Part shown: piece by piece, positions 20,664 through 30,404 of the stretch | Layout of the letters: each line of letters opens with the position of its first letter | Numbering within the stretch: the first letter of the stretch is position 1 | Assembly: GCA_039648975.1 (NCBI GenBank) | Contig: JBBWZK010000135.1 | Coordinates: 753 to 64,752 of the forward strand | Source of the DNA: Blastocatellia bacterium | GTDB taxonomy: Bacteria > Acidobacteriota > Blastocatellia > UBA7656 | DNA: 64,000 nucleotides | Direction: 5' to 3' | Notes under the pieces: model-generated | Databases searched by the model: none | The model's input: the letters and a program-made list of their open reading frames with translations, nothing else | What the model was told of the DNA's origin: nothing | Made by a program: the position numbers and the translations under genes

Positions 20664-23333
20664 ATGCGCCTTGTACGCTGGTTTTATATAGTGCCGCTTC
20701 GCCTGCGGTCGCTATTGCGTCGTGGGCGAGTCGAGCAGGAGTTGGACGAGGAACTCCGCTATCACCTGGAGCGGCAAATAGAGGAAAACCTCGGCAAAGG
20801 AATGACCGCCGCAGAGGCGCGCTATGCGGCGCTGCGGGCGATGGGCGGGATTGAGCAACAAAAGGAGGAGTGCCGCGATATGCGACGTGTACATTTTATC
20901 GAAGACTTAATGCAGGACTTGCGCTACGGCTTGCGTGTACTTGCGAAGAGCCCGGTTTTTACAGCCGTCGCGGTGCTCACACTGGCGCTGGGTATCGGTG
21001 CGAACACTGCCATCTTCTCGGTCGTCAACGAACTGCTCCTGCGCCCGCTGCCCTTTCGCGACGCCGAGCGGCTTGTCACGCTGTGGGAGGTCAGCCCGGA
21101 GGGTCGGCATCAGAACACGACCTCGCGGGCCAACTTCCGCGCCTGGCGCGAGCAAAGCACGACCTTCGAGGGCATGGCGGCCTTCTCAGATCAGCGTCTC
21201 AACCTGACCGGCGACCGAGAACCGGAGGAGGTGTCGGTTCAGTTGGCGACGCCTGAACTGTTCCAGGTCCTCGGCGTCGAGCCGCTGCTCGGGCGGACAC
21301 TAAATGAAGATGACGGGCGCGCACGCTCGGCGGGCGTCGTCCTGGCCTACGGCATCTGGCAGCGGCGGTTTGGCGGCGACCCAGAGATCGTCGGCAAGCC
21401 CATCACGCTTAACGGCATGCCTTTCAACATCGTCGGCGTCATGCCCGCCGGTTTCCAGTGGCATATCAGAGGCAGGTCGGGCACGGGTAAGCCCGCCGAG
21501 ATGTGGGCGGTGCTCGTGATGCCGACGGAAGGTCCCGCCACACTTGGCCGCTTCCTCTCTGTGGTGGCGCGCTTGAAACCCGGCGTCTCACGGGAGCAAG
21601 GCGAGGCCGAAATCAAGGCCATCGAGGCCCGCCTCGGACAGGATGCGCCGCAGTACAACAGAGGCTACGGCGCGGAGGCCATCCCGCTGCGCGAGCAATT
21701 CGTCGGCAACGTCCGGCCCGCCCTATGGATACTTCTCGGTGCGGTCGGCTTCGTCTTGTTGATCGCCTGCGCCAACGTCGCCAACCTGCTGCTCGCCCGC
21801 GCCGCCGCACGTCAGAAGGAGGTCGCCCTGCGCACGGCACTCGGCGCGCACCGCTGGCGAATCGTTCGACAACTTCTCACCGAGAGCCTGCTGCTTGCGC
21901 TACTGGGCAGCCTGCTTGGGCTCGGTCTAGCCTGGTGGGGTATTCCGGCGCTGGTGGCGATCAGCCCGCGCGATCTCGTGAACCTGCAGGGCGTCGGCAT
22001 CAATCTCAAGGTGCTCGCATGGACGCTGGCCATTTCGCTCGCGACCGGCATCATCTTCGGCATCGCCCCGGCCCTTGAGGCGACGCGGCTGAACCTCAAC
22101 GAAGCGCTCAATGAAGGCGGCAAAGGTGGCGGCGGGCAGGGGGCGCACAGCCGCCGCCTGCGGAGCGTCCTCGTGGTTGCCGAGGTCGCCCTGGCGCTCG
22201 TGCTGCTCGCGAGCGCCGGGCTGATGGTGAAGAGCTTCGCCCGCCTGCGGAACATTGACACAGGATTCAACCCGGAGAATGTGCTAACCATGGTCGTGCG
22301 TCTGGCGGGCGCCAAGTACAGGGAAGACCCGCAGGTGGTCGGCTTCTTTCGTCAGGCGACGGAACGCATCGGCGCGCTTCCCGGCGTCCGCTCAATCGGG
22401 ATAGTCAACTACCTGCCGCTCTACGGCGGGCTCGGCTCCAGTACAGGCTTCACGATTGAGGGCCAGCCCGAACTGCCGCCAGGCGAAGGGCCAGGCGCGA
22501 ACGTGCGCGTCAGCGACGCGGGCTATTTCAGCGCCATAGGCATCCCTTTGCTGCGCGGTCGCAATTTTACCGACGTCGAGGACCGCCAGGCGAAACACGT
22601 CGTCCTCATCAGCGAGTCATTAGCGCGGCAGTACTTCCCCGGCGAAGATCCGCTGGGTAAGCACATCAGCGTCGAGATGTTCGATAAACCCAACCCGACG
22701 GAGATCATCGGCATCGTCGGCGACGTCAGGTACGACAGCTTGACGGATGCAGCAGAGCCTACCGTTTACTTCCCGCACCCGGACCTGACTTACGAGTTCA
22801 TGACGCTGGTCATCAGAACGGACAGCGACCCGGCGGCGATTGCTGCTGCGGTGCGGGGCGAGGTGCGTGAGATAGACCCGAATCAGCCGGTCTCTGACGT
22901 GCGGACGATGAAGCAGGTGATGGCCGACACGGTTGGCCGCGCCCGCTTCAACACGCTGCTGCTGGGGCTGTTCGCAGGTCTGGCCACGCTGCTGGCGGCA
23001 GTCGGAATCTTTGGTGTGATGAACTACTCAGTCACCGTGCGAACCCGCGAGATCGGCATACGTGTGGCACTCGGCGCACAGCCAAGCCAGGTGTTGATGC
23101 TCATTCTGAGGCAAGGGCTACTCCTGACGCTCACAGGCATCGGCATCGGCCTGGCCGGGGCGCTGGCCTTGACGCGCATCATGTCGAGCCTGCTCTTCGG
23201 AGTGGGTGCTACGGACCCGCTGACCTTTGCGGCCATCGTGGTGCTTTTGACGGTCGTGTCGGTCATCGCTTGCTACATACCGGCACGGCGGGCGACGAGA
23301 GTGGATCCGGTGACCGCCCTGCGGCATGAATGA
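20664..23333 (+). CDS. ADOP-type duplicated FtsX/MacB-like permease
   Basis: 889 aa. Starts 3 nt after the padR stop. N-terminal ELDEELRYHLERQIEENLGKGMTAAEARYAALRAMGG, two MacB-periplasmic + FtsX halves, C-terminal IPARRATRVDPVTALRHE. Confidence 0.85.
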   Translation: MRLVRWFYIVPLRLRSLLRRGRVEQELDEELRYHLERQIEENLGKGMTAAEARYAALRAMGGIEQQKEECRDMRRVHFIEDLMQDLRYGLRVLAKSPVFTAVAVLTLALGIGANTAIFSVVNELLLRPLPFRDAERLVTLWEVSPEGRHQNTTSRANFRAWREQSTTFEGMAAFSDQRLNLTGDREPEEVSVQLATPELFQVLGVEPLLGRTLNEDDGRARSAGVVLAYGIWQRRFGGDPEIVGKPITLNGMPFNIVGVMPAGFQWHIRGRSGTGKPAEMWAVLVMPTEGPATLGRFLSVVARLKPGVSREQGEAEIKAIEARLGQDAPQYNRGYGAEAIPLREQFVGNVRPALWILLGAVGFVLLIACANVANLLLARAAARQKEVALRTALGAHRWRIVRQLLTESLLLALLGSLLGLGLAWWGIPALVAISPRDLVNLQGVGINLKVLAWTLAISLATGIIFGIAPALEATRLNLNEALNEGGKGGGGQGAHSRRLRSVLVVAEVALALVLLASAGLMVKSFARLRNIDTGFNPENVLTMVVRLAGAKYREDPQVVGFFRQATERIGALPGVRSIGIVNYLPLYGGLGSSTGFTIEGQPELPPGEGPGANVRVSDAGYFSAIGIPLLRGRNFTDVEDRQAKHVVLISESLARQYFPGEDPLGKHISVEMFDKPNPTEIIGIVGDVRYDSLTDAAEPTVYFPHPDLTYEFMTLVIRTDSDPAAIAAAVRGEVREIDPNQPVSDVRTMKQVMADTVGRARFNTLLLGLFAGLATLLAAVGIFGVMNYSVTVRTREIGIRVALGAQPSQVLMLILRQGLLLTLTGIGIGLAGALALTRIMSSLLFGVGATDPLTFAAIVVLLTVVSVIACYIPARRATRVDPVTALRHE

Positions 23334-23437
23334 ACAGGAGGACATCCTATACAAGAACCGTTTCGTTTACCGTAATCATCCGTTGTCAGCACATCACGGC
23401 CTGCCAATGAGACCTTCGGCTTTGGGGCTCTCAAATT

Positions 23438-25696
23438 TCAGATCCGAACCTCTGACTGGCGCGAAGGAGCAGGAATGTTTTTGGTGCTCGGATCTCCGGT
23501 AGGCGGCGGGGCGTGATCTTCTTTCGCGGGCGGCCCCAGCAATTCGGTGAAGATCGGTTTCAACGCGTCCGCCCACACCTGATAGCCTTTGACATCCAGG
23601 TGCAGCCCGTCGGGATTGGCCATGCCCTCGAACCACTTGCCATCTTTATCAGCCAGCCTGTCGTTGATGTTCAAGTACTTGATCTTTTTGCCGTCGGCGA
23701 ATCTCGCGATATGGTCGTTGATCTGGTTAATGATCGGCATCACGGCCAGGTTGTCGTTGCGGGGAGTTATTCCCATTAGCACAATCGTGGCATTGGGAGC
23801 CTTCTGTAGGAAAACGTCCAAAATGGCCTTGATCCCGCGAGTGATGTCCGCGACCCTAGGGTCTTCGCTACCTTCAGGAGACCGCTTGCCGACATTGTTG
23901 GTGCCGGCCATTATAACGATGATTTTCGGATTGACGTGATCGAGTTCGCCGTTCTTGAGACGCCAGAGGATGTTTTGGGTCGTGTCACCGCCCCAGCCAA
24001 AGTCTGCGGCATTCCAGCCGAAGAAATTCTGCTGCCAATTCGCCAGGAATGCCTTGTATTGCTCGTCGCTGGTGCCCCACCGCCGGGTAATGGAGTCGCC
24101 TTCAAAATAAATGTCAATGCCGCCCTTCCTGGCTTTTTCGAGCAACTGGGCATGGGCGATCTGAGAGTTCTGATCGGTCCGGGGCGTCGGCTGGTCGGCG
24201 GCTGGCGCGGTGCCGACGCCGAGTTGACCGGGCTTCTCGCCAGCGGCGTAATGGTCGCTGGTTCCAGATGGCATAATCTGAGCGCCCTGCGGCACGGCGC
24301 GCAGGCGTTGTCCTTTGATGAACTGGCTGACCCATTCGATGAACGCCGGCCAGTTCTCGGCGACGCTGTGGCCGCCGTTGTGTTGCCTCCAGGCGAGCTC
24401 ACCCCCGATCAATTGACCGACCGGCGGCATCGCGTCTGTGAGGTAGTTGCCGGGTGTGCCAAGGTCTCGCTTGCCCAACAGCTTGTAGGCCGGCCCCGCC
24501 GCCACCGCCGCCATGAAGCTGCCGTGCGCATCCACCCATTTTGCATCGCCCTTTTCGACCACCCCGTAACTGATAAAGCAAGGCCGTGGAGCGCACAAGG
24601 CGATCAGTTCGTGCGAGTCGACGGGCAGGTCGCCGGCGGTCTTTGGGCCAAATATCGCGTCCGCAGCGCCGTACTTCATGAAATTGCCCGCCATCCAGTA
24701 GTATTCTCCGCCGGTCAAATTCTCTACCGTTTCGCCAAAGATGTGGCGATGTAGTTTCGCGCCGCCTTCGCCGGACGAGCCGATGAAGCCGACGGCGATG
24801 CGCGGTTCAAAAGCCTCCGTCACCAGGGCCGCCTTGCCATAACGGGAGAGACCTTCGATTCCGACCTGCCTGGCGTCGACTGCTTTGTCGGTCTCAAAGT
24901 AATCGAGCAGACGGCTGACGCCCCACTGCCAGGCGCGCAACGCCCCCCAATCTTCCGGCTTGCGCGGCTGGCCTTTGTTGGTCAGGCCGATGATTCCCGA
25001 AGTCAACGCCGGCCCATCCGCCTGAATGCTAGTCGGGTTGATGCTCGCATAGCCCCAGCCCCTGGCGACGAGTTGCTGTTGCCATGCCGGCGGGGTCGGC
25101 CCTCTTCTAAACCCCCAATCAAATTCGACTATCACTGGCACAGGCCCTGTGACATTAGCCGGCGTCGTCACGCTCGCCTGAATATCTACCGTGATCAGCG
25201 GGTAAGCGGAATGATCCACATGACCCACCAGGGTCTTGCTGATCGTCGGGATGCCGCCGATGTTTCCGTTACTCGTATTCGTCACTTCCCAGTTCACCTT
25301 CGGAACATGCTTAGGGATACGGCCATACACTTCGCGCTCAAAATCCTCCTGGATTTCGGCCCGCCGTGCCGGCCATTGTTTGGCCTTAGTCACCTTCGTG
25401 CCGTTCTTTCTGACCATCATCTCTGGCAAGGGGTATCGATTGGCGGTGGCTTCGTCAAACGTGCTCTGGTCGTTTGGATTCGCACCGGGTCGCAAGGCTT
25501 TGATGCCGAGCTGATCCATCATGTTCTGATGATCCCCGTCCCCACTGAATTTTACCTGCGGAGGAAACCTGCTCAGGTCAGACTGGGCGGCCATCGCCGC
25601 CATGCTAGCTGTCAGGATTAACGGCACAATCGAGACCAGCGACAAAACGGCGACAACGGATACGGCCAACCATCGAACTGAACGATTGAAATGCAT
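23438..25696 (-). CDS. secreted two-domain esterase: CE15-like (glucuronoyl esterase-like) alpha/beta hydrolase + C-terminal SGNH/GDSL hydrolase
   Basis: Track ORF 23438..25759. Likely start is ATG 25696 (MHFNRSVRWLAVSVVAVLSLVSIVPLILTASMAAMAAQ). The nucleophile context GIEGLSRYGKAAL resembles the CE15 G-x-S-R-x-GK motif. The C-terminal half has SGNH blocks FEGDSITRRWG, GWGGDTTQN, IMAGTNN, DGLHLDVKGY. Confidence 0.65.
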   Translation of the reverse strand: MHFNRSVRWLAVSVVAVLSLVSIVPLILTASMAAMAAQSDLSRFPPQVKFSGDGDHQNMMDQLGIKALRPGANPNDQSTFDEATANRYPLPEMMVRKNGTKVTKAKQWPARRAEIQEDFEREVYGRIPKHVPKVNWEVTNTSNGNIGGIPTISKTLVGHVDHSAYPLITVDIQASVTTPANVTGPVPVIVEFDWGFRRGPTPPAWQQQLVARGWGYASINPTSIQADGPALTSGIIGLTNKGQPRKPEDWGALRAWQWGVSRLLDYFETDKAVDARQVGIEGLSRYGKAALVTEAFEPRIAVGFIGSSGEGGAKLHRHIFGETVENLTGGEYYWMAGNFMKYGAADAIFGPKTAGDLPVDSHELIALCAPRPCFISYGVVEKGDAKWVDAHGSFMAAVAAGPAYKLLGKRDLGTPGNYLTDAMPPVGQLIGGELAWRQHNGGHSVAENWPAFIEWVSQFIKGQRLRAVPQGAQIMPSGTSDHYAAGEKPGQLGVGTAPAADQPTPRTDQNSQIAHAQLLEKARKGGIDIYFEGDSITRRWGTSDEQYKAFLANWQQNFFGWNAADFGWGGDTTQNILWRLKNGELDHVNPKIIVIMAGTNNVGKRSPEGSEDPRVADITRGIKAILDVFLQKAPNATIVLMGITPRNDNLAVMPIINQINDHIARFADGKKIKYLNINDRLADKDGKWFEGMANPDGLHLDVKGYQVWADALKPIFTELLGPPAKEDHAPPPTGDPSTKNIPAPSRQSEVRI

Positions 25697-25825
25697 GGGC
25701 TTAACTCTCTTTGATAAGCGGAGAGCTTGTTTATACATTCGCTGATTTAACGGAGTCAATCGTTCCGCCCGGCTCGTACAGGCGGGGCCGGCGGTCTACA
25801 TCAGCGTTGCTCCGTTCAATTCCGA

Positions 25826-27430
25826 TTAGTAAAGCTCCAGCACCACGATTGACTTCGGCGGGATGCTCAGGATCACTTGGGAGTCTTGAATCTTGTAACC
25901 GCTGAACGGCGTTGGCTTGATCGCGTTCGGATTGTCGAACGTGTTCATGGCGTTCATCATCGGAGCGGTAAGCACTTCTCCTATAATGTTCCTGACCGTT
26001 GAGCCTGCGACCTTCGTTGTGATCTCGGCTGGTCGGTTCGGGTCGAGATTGACGATTGACAGGTGAAGTTTCCCGTCTTTGTCGCGCGAAGCCGAGGCGC
26101 TCACTGATGGCACGGATGCTTGATCTATCCTATACTCCGGCGCATTGAGTTCGATTGGGATCAACGTCGCTGCTTGATGAACCTTGTACATTTTGAATGC
26201 GTAGTAGGTTGGCGTAAGAACCATCTTCTCCTTATCCGTCAGCACCATGGCCTGTAACACGTTCACCATCTGTGCGATGTTGGCCATCTGCACGCGGTCA
26301 GCATGGTTGTTGAAGATGTTCAGGTTGATGCCCGCGACGACCGCGTCGCGCAGGGTGTTCTGCTGGTACAGCGCGCCCAGATTGTTGCCCGGCTCTGCGT
26401 CATACCACGTGCCCCATTCATCCACCATCAATCCGACACGCTTTTGCGGGTCATGCTTATCCATGATCGCGCTATGCTTCTGGATAAACTCCTCCATGCG
26501 CAAGGTGCGGACGAGCGTCGCATGCCACTCCTTCTCGACGAACTCAGTCGCCGAACCCTTTCGTTGCCAGTTGCCTGTCGGCAACGTGTAGTAATGCAGA
26601 GACAGGCCCTGCATATGCTTCGCCGCCTGTGCCATGAGCACTTCGGTCCAGGCGTAATAATCGTCATGTGACCCGACCGCCAGCTTTTGAATATGGTTGC
26701 CGGAATAGTCTTTGATGAATGTAGCGTAGCGGCGATACTCGTCGGCATAGTATTCTGGGCGCATCTCGCCGCCACAGCCCCAGCTTTCGTTGCCGACGGC
26801 GAAGTAAGGCACCTTCCAAGGTTTGTCGCGCCCGTTCTGGCGGCGCAGACGGGCCAGGGTGGAATCAGAATCTGATGTCATGTATTCGATCCATTCCATC
26901 ATCTCCTGCGGCGACCCGCTGCCGAGGTTGCCATTGATGTAGGGCTCGGCTCCCAGCATCTCACACAAGTCCAGGAATTCGTGCGTGCCAAAGGCGTTCG
27001 CATCGACGCCGCCCCAACTGGCGTTGGGCCGCCGCGGGCGTCGGTCGCGAGGGCCAATGCCATCTCGCCAGTGATACTCGTCAGCGAAGCAGCCGCCGGG
27101 CCAGCGTAAAACGGGTATGCGTAGCTCTTTTAGCGCGCCGACCACGTCATTGCGGAGCCCCCGCGTATTCGGGATAGGTGAGTCTTCGCCTACCCAGAGG
27201 CCCTCGTATATCAAGCGGCCCAGGTGTTCGGCAAACTGCCCCTGGATGTTGCGGTTGATAATTCCTTTGGGCTGATCGGAACGGATCACCAATGAGGCTT
27301 TATTCGGTTCGGAAATCTGAGCTTGTGCGCGATAACAAGCGGGAGCGGTTAGAAAGCCTATCGCTAACGCAGCGAACCCCAATGCCCGTCCGCGCTTCAG
27401 AAACATCCGCTGGTTTTTCATCAGTATCAT
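25826..27430 (-). CDS. alpha-L-arabinofuranosidase, GH51
   Basis: 534 aa with a signal peptide. [19 protein letters not shown], acid/base context [12 protein letters not shown], nucleophile context MVDEWGTWY. Confidence 0.85.
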   Translation of the reverse strand: MILMKNQRMFLKRGRALGFAALAIGFLTAPACYRAQAQISEPNKASLVIRSDQPKGIINRNIQGQFAEHLGRLIYEGLWVGEDSPIPNTRGLRNDVVGALKELRIPVLRWPGGCFADEYHWRDGIGPRDRRPRRPNASWGGVDANAFGTHEFLDLCEMLGAEPYINGNLGSGSPQEMMEWIEYMTSDSDSTLARLRRQNGRDKPWKVPYFAVGNESWGCGGEMRPEYYADEYRRYATFIKDYSGNHIQKLAVGSHDDYYAWTEVLMAQAAKHMQGLSLHYYTLPTGNWQRKGSATEFVEKEWHATLVRTLRMEEFIQKHSAIMDKHDPQKRVGLMVDEWGTWYDAEPGNNLGALYQQNTLRDAVVAGINLNIFNNHADRVQMANIAQMVNVLQAMVLTDKEKMVLTPTYYAFKMYKVHQAATLIPIELNAPEYRIDQASVPSVSASASRDKDGKLHLSIVNLDPNRPAEITTKVAGSTVRNIIGEVLTAPMMNAMNTFDNPNAIKPTPFSGYKIQDSQVILSIPPKSIVVLELY

Positions 27431-27439
27431 CTCCTCTAA

Positions 27440-27655
27440 CTATAGCGGTGTTCAAATCGGTTTAGCATGTAGGGGCGACCCTGCGGTGGCCGCCCCAGTG
27501 TAGGCCGGCGCAGTCTGGGGAGGCCACCGCAGGGCCTCCCCTACATGATGGCGGCTTAATCCAATTGATATCTGCTCTAGAGCGGTTTTCAATTGAATGT
27601 AGCGCAAGCTAACAGCTTGCGCTACATGGCAAACGCATTTGAAAATCGCTCTAAG
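27440..27655. repeat. composite palindromic element, copy A (TIR-like end + double GC-hairpin module 27466-27547 + GTAGCGCAAGC hairpin element 27577-27655)
   Basis: Read directly. Near-identical, in reverse complement, to 56198-56480. Starts 10 nt upstream of the GH51 ATG. Track ORF 27452..27889 is a translation artefact of this DNA. Confidence 0.85.
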
Positions 27656-27894
27656 CCGCACGAGATTAGCATACTCAAGCAGCTTAGAGTAGCTGTTGTT
27701 CTTGAATTCCTTACTGGCGCGAAACCACCGGCTAGAACGCCGGCAGTGCGATGTAGGAGAAGAAAAACGAACCGGAGCTGCCGAGTTCAGTGTGTGACTG
27801 AGTGAAGCCGACATAAGACGCGTCGATGGCTCCGGCGCAGGCGATTGAAGGTGGCGTGAAGAGGGCGTGCGGTTCTCTTCATTGACCATGGCCG

Positions 27895-29385
27895 TTATCT
27901 AACCAGCGTCACTTCAGTCAGGATCGCTTTGAAACTTTCCAAACCGGCTTCTAAATTTTCAATGATTTCCTCCGCCAATTCGTCGGGATTCGGCAGGTTG
28001 TCCAAATCGGCCAGCGATTTGTCTTTAATCCAGGTGATGTCCAGACTCGTCTTGTCACGGTTGATGATCTCTTCGTAAGTAAACTTCCGCCAGCGTCCGT
28101 CGGGGTTGCTTGCCGCATGATAGGTTTCGCTGCGTTTGTGGCGGTTGAGCGGTTGGTAACACTCGATGAACTCTTTCAAATCGCCTAGCCGCAAAGGATT
28201 CTTCTTCAGCGTGTGATGAATGTTGGTGCGGTAATCGTAGTACCAGACTTCTTTCGTCCATGGCGCTTTTGCGGCGGGCCTGGCGTCAAAGAAGATCACG
28301 TTTGCCTTAACGCCGTGAGCGTAAAAGATGCCCGTCGGCAATCGCAGAATCGTATGTAAATCTGCGGTTTCGAGCAATCGCTTGCGGACGGTTTCGCCGG
28401 CTCCGCCTTCAAACAAAACATTGTCCGGCACGACGACAGCCGCTTGCCCCGTCGTCTTGAGCATCGTCTTGATGTGCTGCACGAAGTTGAGTTGTTTGTT
28501 GCTGGTCGTCGCCCAGAAATCCTGCCGGTTATAAGTTAAGTCTTCCTTTTCCTGCTCGCCTTCTTGGTTGGTAAAAGTCTGGCTGCTCTTTTTACCGAAA
28601 GGCGGATTGGCCAGCACATAGTCGAAGCGCCTGCCATCGTCCGCCACCAGCGCATCGGTGGACGAGATGAAATTTTCGCTGTCAATGTCGCCGATGTTAT
28701 GCAGAAACAAATTCATCAAGGCCAGCCGCCGCGTCGAAGCGACGATTTCATTACCGAAAAAGGTTTTGTATTTGAGGAATTGCTTTTGCTCTTTGTCCAG
28801 CTTGGAATTGGCGACTAGAAAATCATAGACGCCGAGAAAGAAACCGCCCGTGCCGCAAGCCGGATCGGCGATGGTTTTTGCGGGTTCGGGCCGGATGCAT
28901 TCGACCATCGCGCGTATCAGGGCGCGCGGCGTGAAGTATTGGCCCGCGCCGCTTTTCGTGTCTTCGGCATTCTTTTCTAGTAGCCCTTCGTAAATCTGGC
29001 CTTTCACATCCGCGCCCATAATGCTCCACTGTTCTTTGTTGATCATGTCGATCAACTTGTAGAGCTTCGCCGGGTCTTGAATCTTGTTCTGGCTTTTGGT
29101 GAAGATTTGTCCGAGGGTGCCTTTCTGGTGGCCGAGTTCACGCAGCAGTGTCGTGTAATGGATTTCGAGTTGCGCGCCGCGTTTGGCGGTCAGGCTTTCC
29201 CAGTTGTATTCGGGCGGCACCGGCAAGGCGCGATTGTGCGGCGGTCGGCTGTATTCATCGGCCATCTTCAGAAACAACAGATAAGTGAGTTGTTCGAGAT
29301 AATCGCCGTAGCTGACGCCGTCGTCGCGCAGCGTATTGCAGAAGCTCCAGACTTTACTGACGATGCTGTTGGTGGTTGCGTCCAT
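27895..29385 (-). CDS. hsdM: type I restriction-modification system, DNA methyltransferase subunit
   Basis: Track ORF 27895..29643 is extended through REP DNA; the true start is ATG 29385 (MDATTNSIVSKVWSFCNTLRDDG). Motif I DPACGTGGFF, motif IV LANPPFG. Confidence 0.9.
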   Translation of the reverse strand: MDATTNSIVSKVWSFCNTLRDDGVSYGDYLEQLTYLLFLKMADEYSRPPHNRALPVPPEYNWESLTAKRGAQLEIHYTTLLRELGHQKGTLGQIFTKSQNKIQDPAKLYKLIDMINKEQWSIMGADVKGQIYEGLLEKNAEDTKSGAGQYFTPRALIRAMVECIRPEPAKTIADPACGTGGFFLGVYDFLVANSKLDKEQKQFLKYKTFFGNEIVASTRRLALMNLFLHNIGDIDSENFISSTDALVADDGRRFDYVLANPPFGKKSSQTFTNQEGEQEKEDLTYNRQDFWATTSNKQLNFVQHIKTMLKTTGQAAVVVPDNVLFEGGAGETVRKRLLETADLHTILRLPTGIFYAHGVKANVIFFDARPAAKAPWTKEVWYYDYRTNIHHTLKKNPLRLGDLKEFIECYQPLNRHKRSETYHAASNPDGRWRKFTYEEIINRDKTSLDITWIKDKSLADLDNLPNPDELAEEIIENLEAGLESFKAILTEVTLVR

Positions 29386-29410
29386 AGTTTTGTTGTTCTG
29401 CCTTTTTCGC

Positions 29411-29740
29411 GGCTTTGCCGCCCGATGGACGGCGATGGCTTTGAGGATTCGCTTTTTCGTGGCTCTGCCGCCTGATCTGCGGAAAGGCTCCGCCTTTCCG
29501 GGCCAGAGCCTCCATAACAGAGACTCCCCCTTACATCGGCGGCTCTGCCGCCTGATCTGCGGAACAGAACCTCCACGAACCGATGCCCGCGAACAAGTGA
29601 AAGCGAAAAGTAAGAAGCCTGATCTGCGGAACAGAACCTCCACGAACCCTCATTGGCGGCTCTGCCGCCTGATCTGCGGAAAGGCTCCGCCTTTCCGTGT
29701 AGAGCCTCCCCCCTTAACCCGCATTGGCGGCTGCGCCGCC
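29411..29740. repeat. cluster of 4-5 REP units (GGCGGCTCTGCCGCC-TGATCTG-CGGAAAGGCTCCGCCTTTCCG and variants)
   Basis: Read directly: full or partial units start near 29411, 29461, 29538, 29617 and 29655, plus GGCGGCTGCGCCGCC at 29726-29740. Each unit is two short GC hairpins. Spacing is irregular (about 40-80 nt). Confidence 0.85.
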
Positions 29741-30382
29741 GTTTATGCCCTGCGCCAATCGATTTTCTCTATATCAACCGCGAGCGGCTCATCTTCCAGT
29801 GCGCGGCGTTGCCAGATTCGCGCGCTTGAATATAAATAATCCGGCGCGCTTTCGACCAATCCGGCGCGCACCGGGTTGAGGTGAATATAATTGACTTTCT
29901 CCATAAACATCGCTTCGCTGAGAATCAGAAAGGCGTTTGAATGATGTTCCCACAAGGAGTATTGGTATTGCCGAGATTTCACTTCCTGCCGCAACTTTTC
30001 CAGCGAACTGGCATACGCTTTTTCTTTCAGGTAATCGATCACGCGCCGGGCCGCGATGCCATTGATAAACCGCAAAACCTCTTTCGGCAGGCGCGCGCCA
30101 TCGGTGATCAAATGAACATGGTCGGGCATGATGACATAGGCGAAAATCAGAATATTCGCCGACCGCCGCGCTTCATTGAAGGCATTGGCGACGATGGCCT
30201 TGATCTGGTTGGTCTGAAAAACCGGCAACCGATCTTTTGCCACACAGGTCAAATAATAGCAGGGCGCGTCTCTGGAAATTCTGACCATGTTGTTTGATCC
30301 TACGGCGGCGCAGCCGCCAACCTTAAAGAGCCCAGCTATCGGAAAGGCCGAGCCTTTCCGCACATCGGGCGGCAGAGCCGCC
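29655..30382 (-). mobile_element. REP-RAYT-REP unit (REP-associated tyrosine transposase flanked by inverted REPs)
   Basis: The left flank (29655-29740) and right flank (30304-30382) carry the same two hairpin motifs in opposite orientation. These are ggcggctgcgccgcc / ggcggcgcagccgcc and cggaaaggc(t/c)c(c/g)gcctttccg with ggcggctctgccgcc / ggcggcagagccgcc. This is the arrangement described for RAYT loci. Confidence 0.75.
29743..30288 (-). CDS. REP-associated tyrosine transposase (RAYT; IS200/IS605 TnpA-like HUH Y1 enzyme)
   Basis: Track ORF 29743..30363, trimmed to ATG 30288 (MVRISRDAPCYYL). HUH motif MPDHVHLI. Tyr motif YIHLNPVRAGLV. 181 aa. Confidence 0.85.
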   Translation of the reverse strand: MVRISRDAPCYYLTCVAKDRLPVFQTNQIKAIVANAFNEARRSANILIFAYVIMPDHVHLITDGARLPKEVLRFINGIAARRVIDYLKEKAYASSLEKLRQEVKSRQYQYSLWEHHSNAFLILSEAMFMEKVNYIHLNPVRAGLVESAPDYLYSSARIWQRRALEDEPLAVDIEKIDWRRA

Positions 30383-30404
30383 GAGTCAACCGCTGCCGCG
30401 CTTG

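Noticed and set aside
27452-27889. ORFs 27452..27889, 35268..35474 and 56037..56300 share the peptide AIFKCVCHVAQ, suggesting a small protein family
   Set aside because: The shared peptide is the translation of the conserved arm of the palindromic repeat (GCGATTTTCAAATGCGTTTGCCATGTAGCGC). Outside the repeat the ORFs are unrelated. They are not genes.
29411-29740. Regularly recurring ~40-nt GC-rich repeat that at first glance resembles a small CRISPR array
   Set aside because: Only 4-5 units with irregular spacing (about 40-80 nt). The 'spacers' are themselves related to one another. Each unit is a pair of hairpins. Inverted copies flank a RAYT gene, and another copy sits at 31727-31772. No cas genes are present. 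This is REP behaviour, not CRISPR.
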